Positions 1-7,664 of a DNA stretch of 64,000 nt are shown here, piece by piece. The stretch lies in the NCBI GenBank assembly GCA_029883265.1, contig JAOUJM010000001.1:10511-74510 (forward strand), written 5' to 3'. Below the pieces are notes generated by a model, which did no database searches, had not been told where the DNA came from, and worked only from the letters and a program-made list of their open reading frames with translations. Source of the stretch: Gammaproteobacteria bacterium. GTDB lineage: Bacteria > Pseudomonadota > Gammaproteobacteria > S012-40. The translations under genes were made by a program, and so were the position numbers. Position 1 is the stretch's first letter. Every line of letters starts with the position of its first letter.

Positions 1-702
1 ATCACCAATCGAGGCCATTAAGGTGGCCGCACTGATCGGGCCAATGCCGGGTATAGTTTGTAGTCGTTGATAATCTTCGTTATTTGCGAGCAGTGATTTC
101 AATTCCGCTTCCAGCGCTTTCACATGCTGGTCATGGGCCGTTAATTCACGATAGAGGCGATGCACAAAACCTCGAGCAGTCATGGTCAACGGTTGTTGCG
201 CATCTTCTAAAATATCGGGAACACTGCTGCGTAGTTTGTTTAAACCAACCGGAACGATAACACCGTATTCTGCCATTAAGCCTCGCAACTGATGTGCGGT
301 TGCTGTGCGTTGTTTAACGAGTCGTTCTCGTATGCGTTGCAGTGATTGAATGTCCTGCTGTTCTAGCGTTTTAACTGCAACAAAGCTGGCCTTGGGGCGA
401 CGCGATGCTTCAGCAATCGCAATGGCATCGTTGTGATCATTTTTGTTTCCTACCACAAAGGGTTTTACTTGATAGGCAGGAATCAGCTTGACAGTGTGAC
501 CTAAGGCCTGAATTTCCCTACCCCAATGATGCGACGAATAGCAAGCTTCCATGATAACCTCAGTTGGTTCAAACTGCCGCATGGCATGTAATAATTGTTT
601 GCGAGAGTGTTTCTTGTTTGAAACGATTGTGTTATCTGCATTCAATGCACAGATTTGAAAAACAGTTTTTGCTAAATCGATACTAATTACGCTATGTTTC
701 AT
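1..702 (-). CDS. IS110-family (DEDD/RuvC-like) transposase, first 234 codons; 3' end lies beyond position 1
   Basis: Absent from ORF track because it is open at the window edge. Own translation from ATG 702-700: MKHSVISIDLAKTVFQICALNADNTIVSNKKHSRKQLLHAMRQFEPTEVIMEACYSSHHWGREIQALGHTVKLI...GNKNDHNDAI...QTIPGIGPISAATLMASIGD. Acidic SIDLAK/EAC/NDxNDA motifs and the PGIGP segment are typical of IS110/IS1111 transposases. Confidence 0.85.
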   Translation of the reverse strand, partial: MKHSVISIDLAKTVFQICALNADNTIVSNKKHSRKQLLHAMRQFEPTEVIMEACYSSHHWGREIQALGHTVKLIPAYQVKPFVVGNKNDHNDAIAIAEASRRPKASFVAVKTLEQQDIQSLQRIRERLVKQRTATAHQLRGLMAEYGVIVPVGLNKLRSSVPDILEDAQQPLTMTARGFVHRLYRELTAHDQHVKALEAELKSLLANNEDYQRLQTIPGIGPISAATLMASIGD

Positions 703-703
703 T

Positions 704-781
704 ATGGACACCCCGTTTGCTTGATTTGATTGAACACCTTACAAGTTTGGCACATTATGATGCCGGATGCGGGGTGTCCAT
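704..781. repeat. 12-bp perfect inverted repeat ATGGACACCCCG (704-715) / CGGGGTGTCCAT (770-781), 54-nt loop, abutting the IS110 transposase start codon
   Basis: Read directly from sequence. On the minus-strand transcript the 3' arm ends 1 nt before the ATG. Confidence 0.8.
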
Positions 782-901
782 CTCAGCACCCATCTATCCT
801 CAACTAAAGATCACTTCGGCATCCATCATTTGTACTTTTCTCTCAAACACTTTCTCAATGATTCACTAAACATCGGATCAATCATCGTACTGACATTTAA
901 T

Positions 902-1108
902 TTAAAGCCTGACGCCGTTTGGACTTCGGTTTAGAAAACGAATATTAGGCGCTTTCCCAAAGTCCATACTTTTAACATTCCCAAGCTCATCAATGATTGA
1001 CGCCATATCCTTGTTATAAGATCCAAGGATTGTCGTTGTTTTTCCCGGCTCGGTCTGAAGAATTACCCCGGATGATGCCTGATGGTTTAGCGTTTTGTCT
1101 GGAACAAC
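902..1108 (-). pseudogene. Truncated orphan toxin module O15 (duplicate of the N-terminal part of module O14)
   Basis: Own translation: VVPDKTLNHQASSGVILQTEPGKTTTILGSYNKDMASIIDELGNVKSMDFG then diverges (KAPNIRFLNRSPNGVRL*). nt ~955-1108 nearly identical to ~1547-1699. Confidence 0.7.
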
Positions 1109-1303
1109 TTAATCGGTTGCACCCAAATACCAGATCATAAACTCATAGAACCCATCCCATTTTGCAGGGATTTCGCCATTCACAAAACGATCTCTAGTTG
1201 CTAGCTCAAAGTCCCAGACCCTGCCTGTAATCTTGTCATACAAATAGCAACCTTCTCCCTCTGCAGTAGTGAAGCATATATAGTTTTCTGGTACTTTCCA
1301 GAT
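1109..1303 (-). pseudogene. 3' fragment of an immunity-like gene (no start codon), fused directly behind the stop of module O14
   Basis: Own translation after the O14 stop, same frame: VIWKVPENYICFTTAEGEGCYLYDKITGRVWDFELATRDRFVNGEIPAKWDGFYEFMIWYLGATD*. No ATG/GTG/TTG start available. Confidence 0.5.
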
Positions 1304-1306
1304 GAC

Positions 1307-1699
1307 CTATACCCCAAATCCTGTCAGTTCCATTTTACCTGTTGATGTGTTTGGCCTGATCAAGACACCCAACCCTCGATTATCGATAACATCGAACCCC
1401 GGCTTAGTAGCCATGAGAATACTGTCACCTCTAGAGGTAGCAGAATTTAAGAATGGTACATTGACTTCGTTCCAAAATCCTTTTGGCCCCAGTGTTCTGA
1501 ACAACTCATCTGGCGCATTTAATACATTGAAGTTACCAGGCTTTGGACCAAAGTCCATACTTTTAACATTCCCAAGCTCATCAATGACTGACGCCATATC
1601 CTTGTTATAAGATCCAAGGATTGTCGTTGTTTTTCCCTGCTCGGTCTGAAGAATTACCCCGGATGATGCTTGATGGTTTAGCGTTTTGTTTGGAACTAC
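1307..1699 (-). CDS. Orphan toxin C-terminal module O14 (no own start; begins at VVPNK junction); family unknown, related to O9/O13
   Basis: ORF 1307..1597 extends in frame upstream to GTAGTTCCAAAC at 1699: VVPNKTLNHQASSGVILQTEQGKTTTILGSYNKDMASVIDELG...FWNEVNVPFLNSATSRGDSILMATKPG. Confidence 0.65.
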   Translation of the reverse strand, partial: VVPNKTLNHQASSGVILQTEQGKTTTILGSYNKDMASVIDELGNVKSMDFGPKPGNFNVLNAPDELFRTLGPKGFWNEVNVPFLNSATSRGDSILMATKPGFDVIDNRGLGVLIRPNTSTGKMELTGFGV

Positions 1700-1707
1700 C
1701 CACTAGT

Positions 1708-2172
1708 CTACTTTGACTCTCCCCAATTAAATCTCACATCAATCCAAGACTTACCTTCCAACACTGACAATAGCTCTAAATCACTAAACAAAGAGTTCAC
1801 GAATTTCATGAATTCCCTTAACTGTTGCTCAAATTCTCCGCTATAGCTAGAAAGACTAAAAGGGCTTTGCTGAGAAATAGTACCACGCTTCTGTACCCAT
1901 GAATCCAGACTAAAGTCTTTATCTGTCTTATCATCAATCACATAAATGACAATGTAGTCGCCCTTATCCCCGAATGCTGGATAGAATGTAAATTCCACAG
2001 AAACACCATTATCACCGCTTAGCAAATACTCGTAGCTATCTCCTGCTGGCCCCTTACTTGATACATGCTTAGTGTGTTTAAGCCTAAATCCAATACTAGT
2101 TAGACTGTCTAACATCACCAAGAATGATTCAACTTTTTTGGCTTTATCTTTTACTGGTGTGGAGTTTTTCAT
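1708..2172 (-). CDS. Putative immunity protein of module O13
   Basis: 154-aa ORF. Its ATG overlaps the toxin stop (TAATG), the position typical of toxin-immunity pairs. Confidence 0.6.
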   Translation of the reverse strand: MKNSTPVKDKAKKVESFLVMLDSLTSIGFRLKHTKHVSSKGPAGDSYEYLLSGDNGVSVEFTFYPAFGDKGDYIVIYVIDDKTDKDFSLDSWVQKRGTISQQSPFSLSSYSGEFEQQLREFMKFVNSLFSDLELLSVLEGKSWIDVRFNWGESK

Positions 2173-2603
2173 TACTTACTCCCTCCAAATATGGTCTGCT
2201 TCTCAACAGCATAAAATGGGCTAAAACCCTGATTATGAGGATTACCTATATCAATGATTGTGTACCCTTCAGATTCAATCTTCTGAGCCCAAGCTTTGTT
2301 CGCCTGATACATTTCAGTTTTAACAAGCTCAGGATTAGTCAACCTACGACCACCTTCGGTTAACCTCTCGAATTCTTTGCGTGCTGAACGAGGAATCATG
2401 TCACCATCAAAAAGTTCTACATCGTAGCCTTTCTTTTGGAGCACAGCAGCATAATCTCTTACACCATTGATTTTATTATTTCCCATCGCTCTACCAATCA
2501 CAGCGACTTTTCCGTTATCACCCTGAGCAATCCTCTGTGCTTTTAGGCCGTCTACTTCAAGCGATCTAATGCTACCTAAATCGAAGAGTTTCTTGTTTGG
2601 AAC
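2172..2603 (-). CDS. Orphan toxin C-terminal module O13 (no own start); family unknown
   Basis: ORF 2172..2501 extends in frame to the junction: (D)VPNKKLFDLGSIRSLEVDGLKAQRIAQGDNGKVAVIGRAMGNNKINGV.... The junction overlaps the TGA of the upstream gene (TGATGTTCCAAAC). Confidence 0.65.
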   Translation of the reverse strand, partial: VPNKKLFDLGSIRSLEVDGLKAQRIAQGDNGKVAVIGRAMGNNKINGVRDYAAVLQKKGYDVELFDGDMIPRSARKEFERLTEGGRRLTNPELVKTEMYQANKAWAQKIESEGYTIIDIGNPHNQGFSPFYAVEKQTIFGGSK

Positions 2604-2604
2604 A

Positions 2605-2880
2605 TCAAACTATTTCAGTTTTTATCCTTTTGACACACTCCGCTAAAGCTCTATAGCTTGGGGGTTGAACGCAATAGGCATCAGATACATTTCGTGAAAA
2701 ACCAAGAGCTTTGTCTGATATATCGTCGACATTCCCACTCTTCAGTGCTTCCAAAAGTGCTTCAGCTGTCGCCACGATATTCATCAATTCTTCCCGATCC
2801 TCGGAATTTGAAGTATTTATTGCGTCTCTTCTGTAGAGAGCTAAGGTCGTCTTGAGTAATTCAATAATGTCATTTTGCAT
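2605..2880 (-). CDS. Putative immunity protein of module O12
   Basis: 91-aa helical ORF; ATG overlaps the stop of the O12 toxin (TAATG). Confidence 0.6.
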   Translation of the reverse strand: MQNDIIELLKTTLALYRRDAINTSNSEDREELMNIVATAEALLEALKSGNVDDISDKALGFSRNVSDAYCVQPPSYRALAECVKRIKTEIV

Positions 2881-3320
2881 TAATTTAACTCCTCAATTAT
2901 TGCTCTCGGGCCTTGAGCATTGTAAGTTTGCTGTCCTCCTCCAATTAGGTTCGGCTTTGGCTGCGGCGCTACTGTACCTTGAAACACGGTTGTTCCGGGC
3001 TGATATTTTACAACAGCAGCCTTGGTTACCTGGTTGTTCGGTAGAGCCAAAATCCGTATTCGATCCTCAATTTTCTCAATCCATTGGGGAGTGGACCATC
3101 TACCTCCAAGTTTTGCTCCACCTTTTAACCCATCAAAGTATCGAAATTCTACTAATTCACTGTTGAGTGTTTTTACTCTAAAGGTCTCTAACTCAAAAGC
3201 CTTTATGAGTTGATTTCTTTCTGAGGGTAGTAAATCTTGCCTAGTTTCTCTAAGGATAGATCTAGCCTGTCTGATATTTGCCGCCGCTTCGGATCTGATC
3301 CCTGCACTGTCTGGAACAAC
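2880..3320 (-). CDS. Orphan toxin C-terminal module O12, TNT-like (NAD+ glycohydrolase-type) candidate; not in ORF track because it has no start codon
   Basis: Own translation directly after the TAG of 3321..3542: VVPDSAGIRSEAAANIRQARSILRETRQDLLPSERNQLIKAFELETFRVKTLNSELVEFRYFDGLKGGAKLGGRWSTPQWIEKIEDRIRILALPNNQVTKAAVVKYQPGTTVFQGTVAPQPKPNLIGGGQQTYNAQGPRAIIEELN*. The R-Y-x-D-G...G-R-W-S-T-P...LALP...Y-x-P-G...G-x-V-A-P...GGGQQ-x-Y pattern resembles the TNT domain. Confidence 0.6.
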   Translation of the reverse strand, partial: VVPDSAGIRSEAAANIRQARSILRETRQDLLPSERNQLIKAFELETFRVKTLNSELVEFRYFDGLKGGAKLGGRWSTPQWIEKIEDRIRILALPNNQVTKAAVVKYQPGTTVFQGTVAPQPKPNLIGGGQQTYNAQGPRAIIEELN

Positions 3321-3542
3321 CTATTTTATTTCTTCTACACGTACCCCGAGCTCCCTTAACCTAGAAAAAACTGCGTCAGCCAAGCTTTCATCAGAAATAG
3401 GCAAATCATACTCTCGGCCGTCCTCGTTCGTAAAACAAAGCATTTCAGAATAAGGAGTAACTTCGATATAAAACCGACCAATCTCAACACCAGTTTCAGC
3501 TATAAATTTATCAGCTAAATCTCTCATATCTTCATTCAGCAT
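3321..3542 (-). CDS. Putative immunity protein of module O11
   Basis: 73-aa ORF. Start overlaps the O11 toxin stop; its own TAG abuts the next junction. Confidence 0.6.
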   Translation of the reverse strand: MLNEDMRDLADKFIAETGVEIGRFYIEVTPYSEMLCFTNEDGREYDLPISDESLADAVFSRLRELGVRVEEIK

Positions 3543-4069
3543 TATTTTGCACCTCCTGTACGAGGTGCCTTGCCGAACCCTGGATAATAGATTGTATTGT
3601 CAGCATTGCCTGTACCCCAGAAAATTCTTGTTGGCTGCGGTTTAGCCAAAGGGTTTTGTTGCAACTGCCTAAAATATCTTGCATTAACTAAATCCATATC
3701 TTTTAGAGATGGCCATATTTGTGTAGCAGTTTCATTCGGATGAACATGACCAATCAATCTAGAATCACGCGGAACTGGGCTAGTCCAAGCATTGCCACTG
3801 TATAGCCTCTTAACCAATGTCCCATCGCCTAATCTTTCAGTGGTCAACGCAAACTCGACGTTTCTTCCATCAAGCCTGCCTAACTCATAGACATCGCCAA
3901 ACCGAATCGACCTATCCGTTAACGTTACACCTTGAGTTCCTGGTAGAGCTCCAGTTTGACGTAACTCAGCCATCGATATATGTGAACCCAGGCCCTCAGT
4001 ATGCCTAAAGCCATTAGAGTCTACTTTACCGGCCTGATGTAAAACATCGAAAGCACTGTCTGGAACAAT
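3542..4069 (-). CDS. Orphan toxin C-terminal module O11, JAB/MPN-like HxH...S..D motif (paralog of O1)
   Basis: ORF 3542..3973 extends in frame to IVPDSAFDVLHQAGKVDSNGF.... Motifs VEFALTTE ... IGHVHPNETATQIWPSLKDMD. Confidence 0.55.
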   Translation of the reverse strand: MVPDSAFDVLHQAGKVDSNGFRHTEGLGSHISMAELRQTGALPGTQGVTLTDRSIRFGDVYELGRLDGRNVEFALTTERLGDGTLVKRLYSGNAWTSPVPRDSRLIGHVHPNETATQIWPSLKDMDLVNARYFRQLQQNPLAKPQPTRIFWGTGNADNTIYYPGFGKAPRTGGAK

Positions 4070-4070
4070 A

Positions 4071-4361
4071 CTACTTGGCTTCTATGAAAGCTCTTTCTGC
4101 TTTTGCTATGTCCTCAGCTAACTTCGAATCAAATGGCCAACTATCTGCTATCGCATGTGTAAGGCCTAAGTTCCGCTGACTCTTTTCTGGTAAAGAACCC
4201 GAATTCAAAGTGTCTAACATCTTCTGAAGCTTCTGTTTAAAAGCATCCTTCTGTACTTTTGGTACGTTGGCTAGTTTAGGATCAGGAGAGCTAGATAGCT
4301 CTCGATCCAATGCCTCCATAGCAGATTTGACCAGCTTAGTTGCCTGCTCTATTGAACTCAT
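4071..4361 (-). CDS. Putative immunity protein of module O10
   Basis: 96-aa ORF immediately after the O10 toxin stop. Confidence 0.6.
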   Translation of the reverse strand: MSSIEQATKLVKSAMEALDRELSSSPDPKLANVPKVQKDAFKQKLQKMLDTLNSGSLPEKSQRNLGLTHAIADSWPFDSKLAEDIAKAERAFIEAK

Positions 4362-4799
4362 TTATGGCTCCAATAAGTCGTTTGTATCTAATATATATTT
4401 CTGAATTTGACTGCCTTCAACACCTACTCCCATTGAAGATGCACGCCCTTCAAGAATTTTAGTATTAGGCCTAATTTGGAATTGCTTCATGTAGGTCATC
4501 TGATTCCATTCTGGTTTTAATGCTAGATTTTGTCTTGAAGCAGGGAAAGTTTCGAACAGGTAACGACCTTTCTCCCACGCTTTCACATTATCGTAATACC
4601 TGATACCAAATTCGCTATCTGTTGCTTGTCTCAAGTTGAGAGTCTTAATATCAAAACTCTCTAGAACTTGCTTCCTGATATCTCGTGGCACTCCAGCATT
4701 TTGTAAGAACTGCGATGCTTCCTTAACCCCTGCGTATCTTTGACCAAGTACGCCCTCTAATTCAGCCGTAGAGATGTTGTCGGCTTTGTTTGGAACTAC
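4362..4799 (-). CDS. Orphan toxin C-terminal module O10, TNT-like candidate
   Basis: ORF 4362..4691 extends in frame to VVPNKADNISTAELEGVLGQRYAGV.... Motifs IRYYDN..GRYLF...LALKPEWN...FQIRPNTKILEGRASSMGVGVEGSQIQKYI align with O12/O7/O3/O0. Confidence 0.5.
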   Translation of the reverse strand, partial: VVPNKADNISTAELEGVLGQRYAGVKEASQFLQNAGVPRDIRKQVLESFDIKTLNLRQATDSEFGIRYYDNVKAWEKGRYLFETFPASRQNLALKPEWNQMTYMKQFQIRPNTKILEGRASSMGVGVEGSQIQKYILDTNDLLEP

Positions 4800-5191
4800 T
4801 AATTAGGTAACTGCTTTACTAATGCATCGAAGTTCTGCTTAAGTTTTATCGCAATTTCACTGAGCTGTTCCTCGTCGCTCATAGGCGTGTCAGGAACTCC
4901 AGCTAGTAACTCCTCTATCGATAACTGCTCCCCGTCAGATATCAATGAGTTCAAATATGACCACTCGGCATTATCTAATTCTTCATTGCTTGCTTCGATA
5001 GTGCCGATCAAACAATTTACTTCCCCATCCCTTTCGGATTGATAAAAACATAACTTACAGAGTGGGGAAGAATAAAAAACTAGGGATTTATTACCACCAT
5101 CCAAATCTAAAGTTTCGTCTAGTTTAAAACCCTTGGCAGAAAAGAAATCTTCCAAGGCCCTACGCACTTTTCTCTGAAAATCGATAGTCAT
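4799..5191 (-). CDS. Putative immunity protein of module O9
   Basis: 130-aa acidic ORF overlapping the O9 toxin stop by 4 nt. Its TAG overlaps the first G of GTAGTTCCAAAC. Confidence 0.6.
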   Translation of the reverse strand: MTIDFQRKVRRALEDFFSAKGFKLDETLDLDGGNKSLVFYSSPLCKLCFYQSERDGEVNCLIGTIEASNEELDNAEWSYLNSLISDGEQLSIEELLAGVPDTPMSDEEQLSEIAIKLKQNFDALVKQLPN

Positions 5192-5664
5192 TGTTTGTCA
5201 GCCTTGATCCAAGAATTACCATCTCTCACATAACCATAATTCTTGGCGTTGGTTTCAAGATATTTAATCTCCATCGCCGTGAAGCTTTTTGGTCTATTAG
5301 TTAAAACTTCTCTGATTGTTTCGCCATGGAGATCAATTCGACCAACGCCACGCTCTAATTGACCATGAAGGAATTGTTCATTAACAGACCAAGCTTTTGC
5401 TCTACCTTCTGTCTTGCTTAAACCATTGGTGAGTTTTGAGAAAAAGCTGGAGTCCGTCTCAAACCATACTCCACCATTAGCCTTTGCCTCACCGATATAC
5501 CCACCATTGTCAACCCACTTGCCCAAAACTACACGATTTGAATTCTGATTAACATGGGTGGACATTTCTGCTATTTGTCGAGCATACTGATCCGCATTAG
5601 TGCCCGATGTATTGCGTAATCCATTAATCGCATCATTCAGAGAGAGCTTGTTTGGAACAAATAA
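5188..5664 (-). CDS. Orphan toxin C-terminal module O9; family unknown (related to O13/O14)
   Basis: ORF 5188..5565 extends in frame to LFVPNKLSLNDAINGLRNTSGTNADQYARQIAEMSTHV..., preceded by TGA. Confidence 0.6.
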   Translation of the reverse strand, partial: LFVPNKLSLNDAINGLRNTSGTNADQYARQIAEMSTHVNQNSNRVVLGKWVDNGGYIGEAKANGGVWFETDSSFFSKLTNGLSKTEGRAKAWSVNEQFLHGQLERGVGRIDLHGETIREVLTNRPKSFTAMEIKYLETNAKNYGYVRDGNSWIKADKQ

Positions 5665-5675
5665 TCAGCTAGTAG

Positions 5676-6059
5676 TTAGCTGTAGTACTTATACAAATCA
5701 GAATCTTCCCACTCTTTCTCATAAACCGCAAGAACCCTGCTTAATGCATCTCGAACTCTTAAATCTGAGCTATTCGACATTTCCTGCAGAACTGATAGCT
5801 TAATTTCGTCCCATTTTAGTTCTCTCATGCAAAACTCAAGAATTTCAATAGGCCATTTTTCTTCTTTTACTATCGTTTTAAAATTCTCGACAAGTTCTTC
5901 ACGACTATTAGAATTGGACTGTACAAACTGGAGTATTTGTAACAAATAGGGCTCAAGTTCATCCGTGCCGTCAGTTTTTTGCCATGCAGACTCTGCGGCT
6001 TGTACTAAGGTCCAGAATTCATCTGCAACTTTCATGATCATTAATCCTTCTTTACCCAT
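5676..6059 (-). CDS. Putative immunity protein of module O8
   Basis: 127-aa helical acidic ORF overlapping the end of the O8 toxin. Confidence 0.6.
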   Translation of the reverse strand: MGKEGLMIMKVADEFWTLVQAAESAWQKTDGTDELEPYLLQILQFVQSNSNSREELVENFKTIVKEEKWPIEILEFCMRELKWDEIKLSVLQEMSNSSDLRVRDALSRVLAVYEKEWEDSDLYKYYS

Positions 6060-6846
6060 TCACCGCCACGAGGAAGTGTTGAATCAAACCTCCAGACTTT
6101 CTCTATATATTTGTTCGTGGTATCAAATCCTAGTGCTTGAAACGCTTTCTCAGTTGCCTTTTGTGCAGATTGCCCATGGGGCTGATAATGACCCGAAGTG
6201 TTGTCGATATATTTCAACTCGCCATTTACAGCTTTGACCTCGCCGGCAGCAATTACAGGACGATTGTTGGCAATATCAATATGACCGCCACCAGGCGCTT
6301 TCCTGGATTGTTTACCAAGCAGCAAAGTGCCATCCTCGAGTACTACATAATTGGCTTTTTGGTTAATCTCAGTAAATCTATTCGGATTTATAAGGTTAGC
6401 CGGACCAACGCTATCTTCAGGAAATTTATTCGTGAACACTGAAGTTTTGTTGTCTGGAACAAATCCGTCTACCTTGCGTAGTTTACCCAACATAGAGGAC
6501 CCAGCCAAGGTTAAAGCAAAATCAACTGGAGATTCTGGGATCAACATGTCGAACAATTGCGCACCTACAAACGCTCCAGGACTTAAATTCTTGAATGCAA
6601 AATGCTCCATTGAGTTTTTAACTTGTGATTTACCACTCCTCATATCGCTGGTAAATTTGACAGAATTTTCATAGATATTTCTAAGTATTGGATCTTCTAT
6701 CAAGTCACTGAGCTTATTAATATCTTGAATATCAGTGTCAACTCGCCATATTTTTGCACCGTTTTCATCAGAGCCAATACTATCTGAAACATCAGCTCTA
6801 ACAGGACCATGTTCATTTTTCGCAAGCTGTAATCCGTCCAGTGATA
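6041..6846 (-). CDS. 5'-truncated toxin 3' region O8: ~130-aa pre-toxin segment + FVPDNK junction (6449-6463) + unknown toxin domain; cut by the IS66-type element
   Basis: ORF 6041..6868. The first 7 codons (MRSLGRL) are encoded by the IS66 left IR, so the native sequence starts at 6846. Toxin part: ...GGGHIDIANNRPVIAAGEVKAVNGELKYIDNTSGHYQPHGQSA... Confidence 0.6.
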
Positions 6847-6869
6847 GTAAGCGTCCCAAACTCCGCACC
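6847..6869. repeat. IS66-type left terminal inverted repeat (element A)
   Basis: GTAAGCGTCCCAAACTCCGCACC. A GTAAGCG start is typical of IS66-family ends. Matches the 10478-10500 complement at ~19/23 positions. Confidence 0.75.
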
Positions 6870-6930
6870 TTCCCAGTTCGCTTAAGATCCGTTAGCCTGT
6901 TTCTGTGTAAATTACCGGCAGGAGCAAGCC

Positions 6931-7290
6931 ATGAACGATCTCACTCAATCATCCATCAAAAACATTCGCACGGATAAACGCAGCAAGGGCCCTGAGTATT
7001 GGCAGGCGCATATAGAGGCCATGAAACAAAGTGGTCTATCAAAAACCGCGTACTGTAAACAAAACAATCTTTCGACGGTGACATTTTTTAAATGGGAAAA
7101 GAAACTCGCCAAGGCCTCGGCTTTGTTTGTACCTGCGAAGTTGGAGATGCCGGTGTCTCCAACCTCATCCAACGAGATGATTCGGATTGATCTACCCAAT
7201 GGCTGTGTGATTTCCTTGCCGGTATCGTGCTCACCCGCAGAGGGTTTACGTTGGATTGAGACCTTGATGCGTGTTTCATGCTCAAGCTAG
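6931..7290 (+). CDS. tnpA: IS66-family accessory protein TnpA (orf1)
   Basis: 119 aa, first gene of a three-ORF set. Stop overlaps tnpB start. Paralog at 18817..19173. Confidence 0.85.
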   Translation: MNDLTQSSIKNIRTDKRSKGPEYWQAHIEAMKQSGLSKTAYCKQNNLSTVTFFKWEKKLAKASALFVPAKLEMPVSPTSSNEMIRIDLPNGCVISLPVSCSPAEGLRWIETLMRVSCSS

Positions 7291-7634
7291 ATCAAGAGAT
7301 TCAGATTTACTTCGCGATTAACCCGATCAACATGCTGAAAAGCTTTGACGGTTTAGCAGCCTTGGTGGTGGATGTGATTCAACAAAATCCCCTATCAGGG
7401 CATTTGTTTGTGTTTCGTAATCGAGCCGCTGATAAAATTAAACTACTGATCTGGGATCGCAATGGCTTTACCATCTACTATAAAAGACTCGAACGCGGTC
7501 GCTTTAAGTTTCCTGAGTTGGATGACTGCACTCATCTTTCGATCACTCGTCAAGAACTGGATTTATTGTTTGATGGTATTGACTTCACTCAACTCAAACG
7601 CCTACCCACACTTCACTATAAATCAGTGATTTGA
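7278..7634 (+). CDS. tnpB: IS66-family TnpB (orf2)
   Basis: 118 aa; MLKLDQEIQIYFAINPINMLKSFDGLAALV...LFVFRNRAADKIKLLIWDRNGF is the conserved IS66 Orf2 pattern. Confidence 0.9.
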   Translation: MLKLDQEIQIYFAINPINMLKSFDGLAALVVDVIQQNPLSGHLFVFRNRAADKIKLLIWDRNGFTIYYKRLERGRFKFPELDDCTHLSITRQELDLLFDGIDFTQLKRLPTLHYKSVI

Positions 7635-7664
7635 TCCGTCTGATACTTGCATTACAATAGTGCC

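Larger units (their letters stand above)
1..900 (-). mobile_element. IS110/IS1111-family insertion sequence, partial; inner boundary uncertain (somewhere between ~790 and ~955)
   Basis: Transposase CDS plus ~100-250 nt structured upstream non-coding end. Homology to the toxin-module duplicate starts only at ~955. Confidence 0.5.

Noticed and set aside
2852-3213. Two plus-strand ORFs (104 and 63 aa)
   Set aside because: Antisense shadows of the start-less TNT-like module O12 (2880-3320). The minus-strand translation is junction-anchored and homologous to other modules.
6847-6868. N-terminal Met and first residues (MRSLGRL / MPAPVGNLHSSRLTDLKLTGKVRSLGRL) of ORFs 6041..6868 and 17834..18817
   Set aside because: These codons are encoded by the IS66 left end (GTG and TTG starts inside the element, also at 18733-18817). 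They are not the native N-termini of the toxin fragments.
7647-7664. Upstream alternative starts for tnpC (7647) and tnpB of element B (19140)
   Set aside because: Alignment of the two paralog sets supports ATG 7665 and ATG 19167. The longer versions use non-conserved leader codons.
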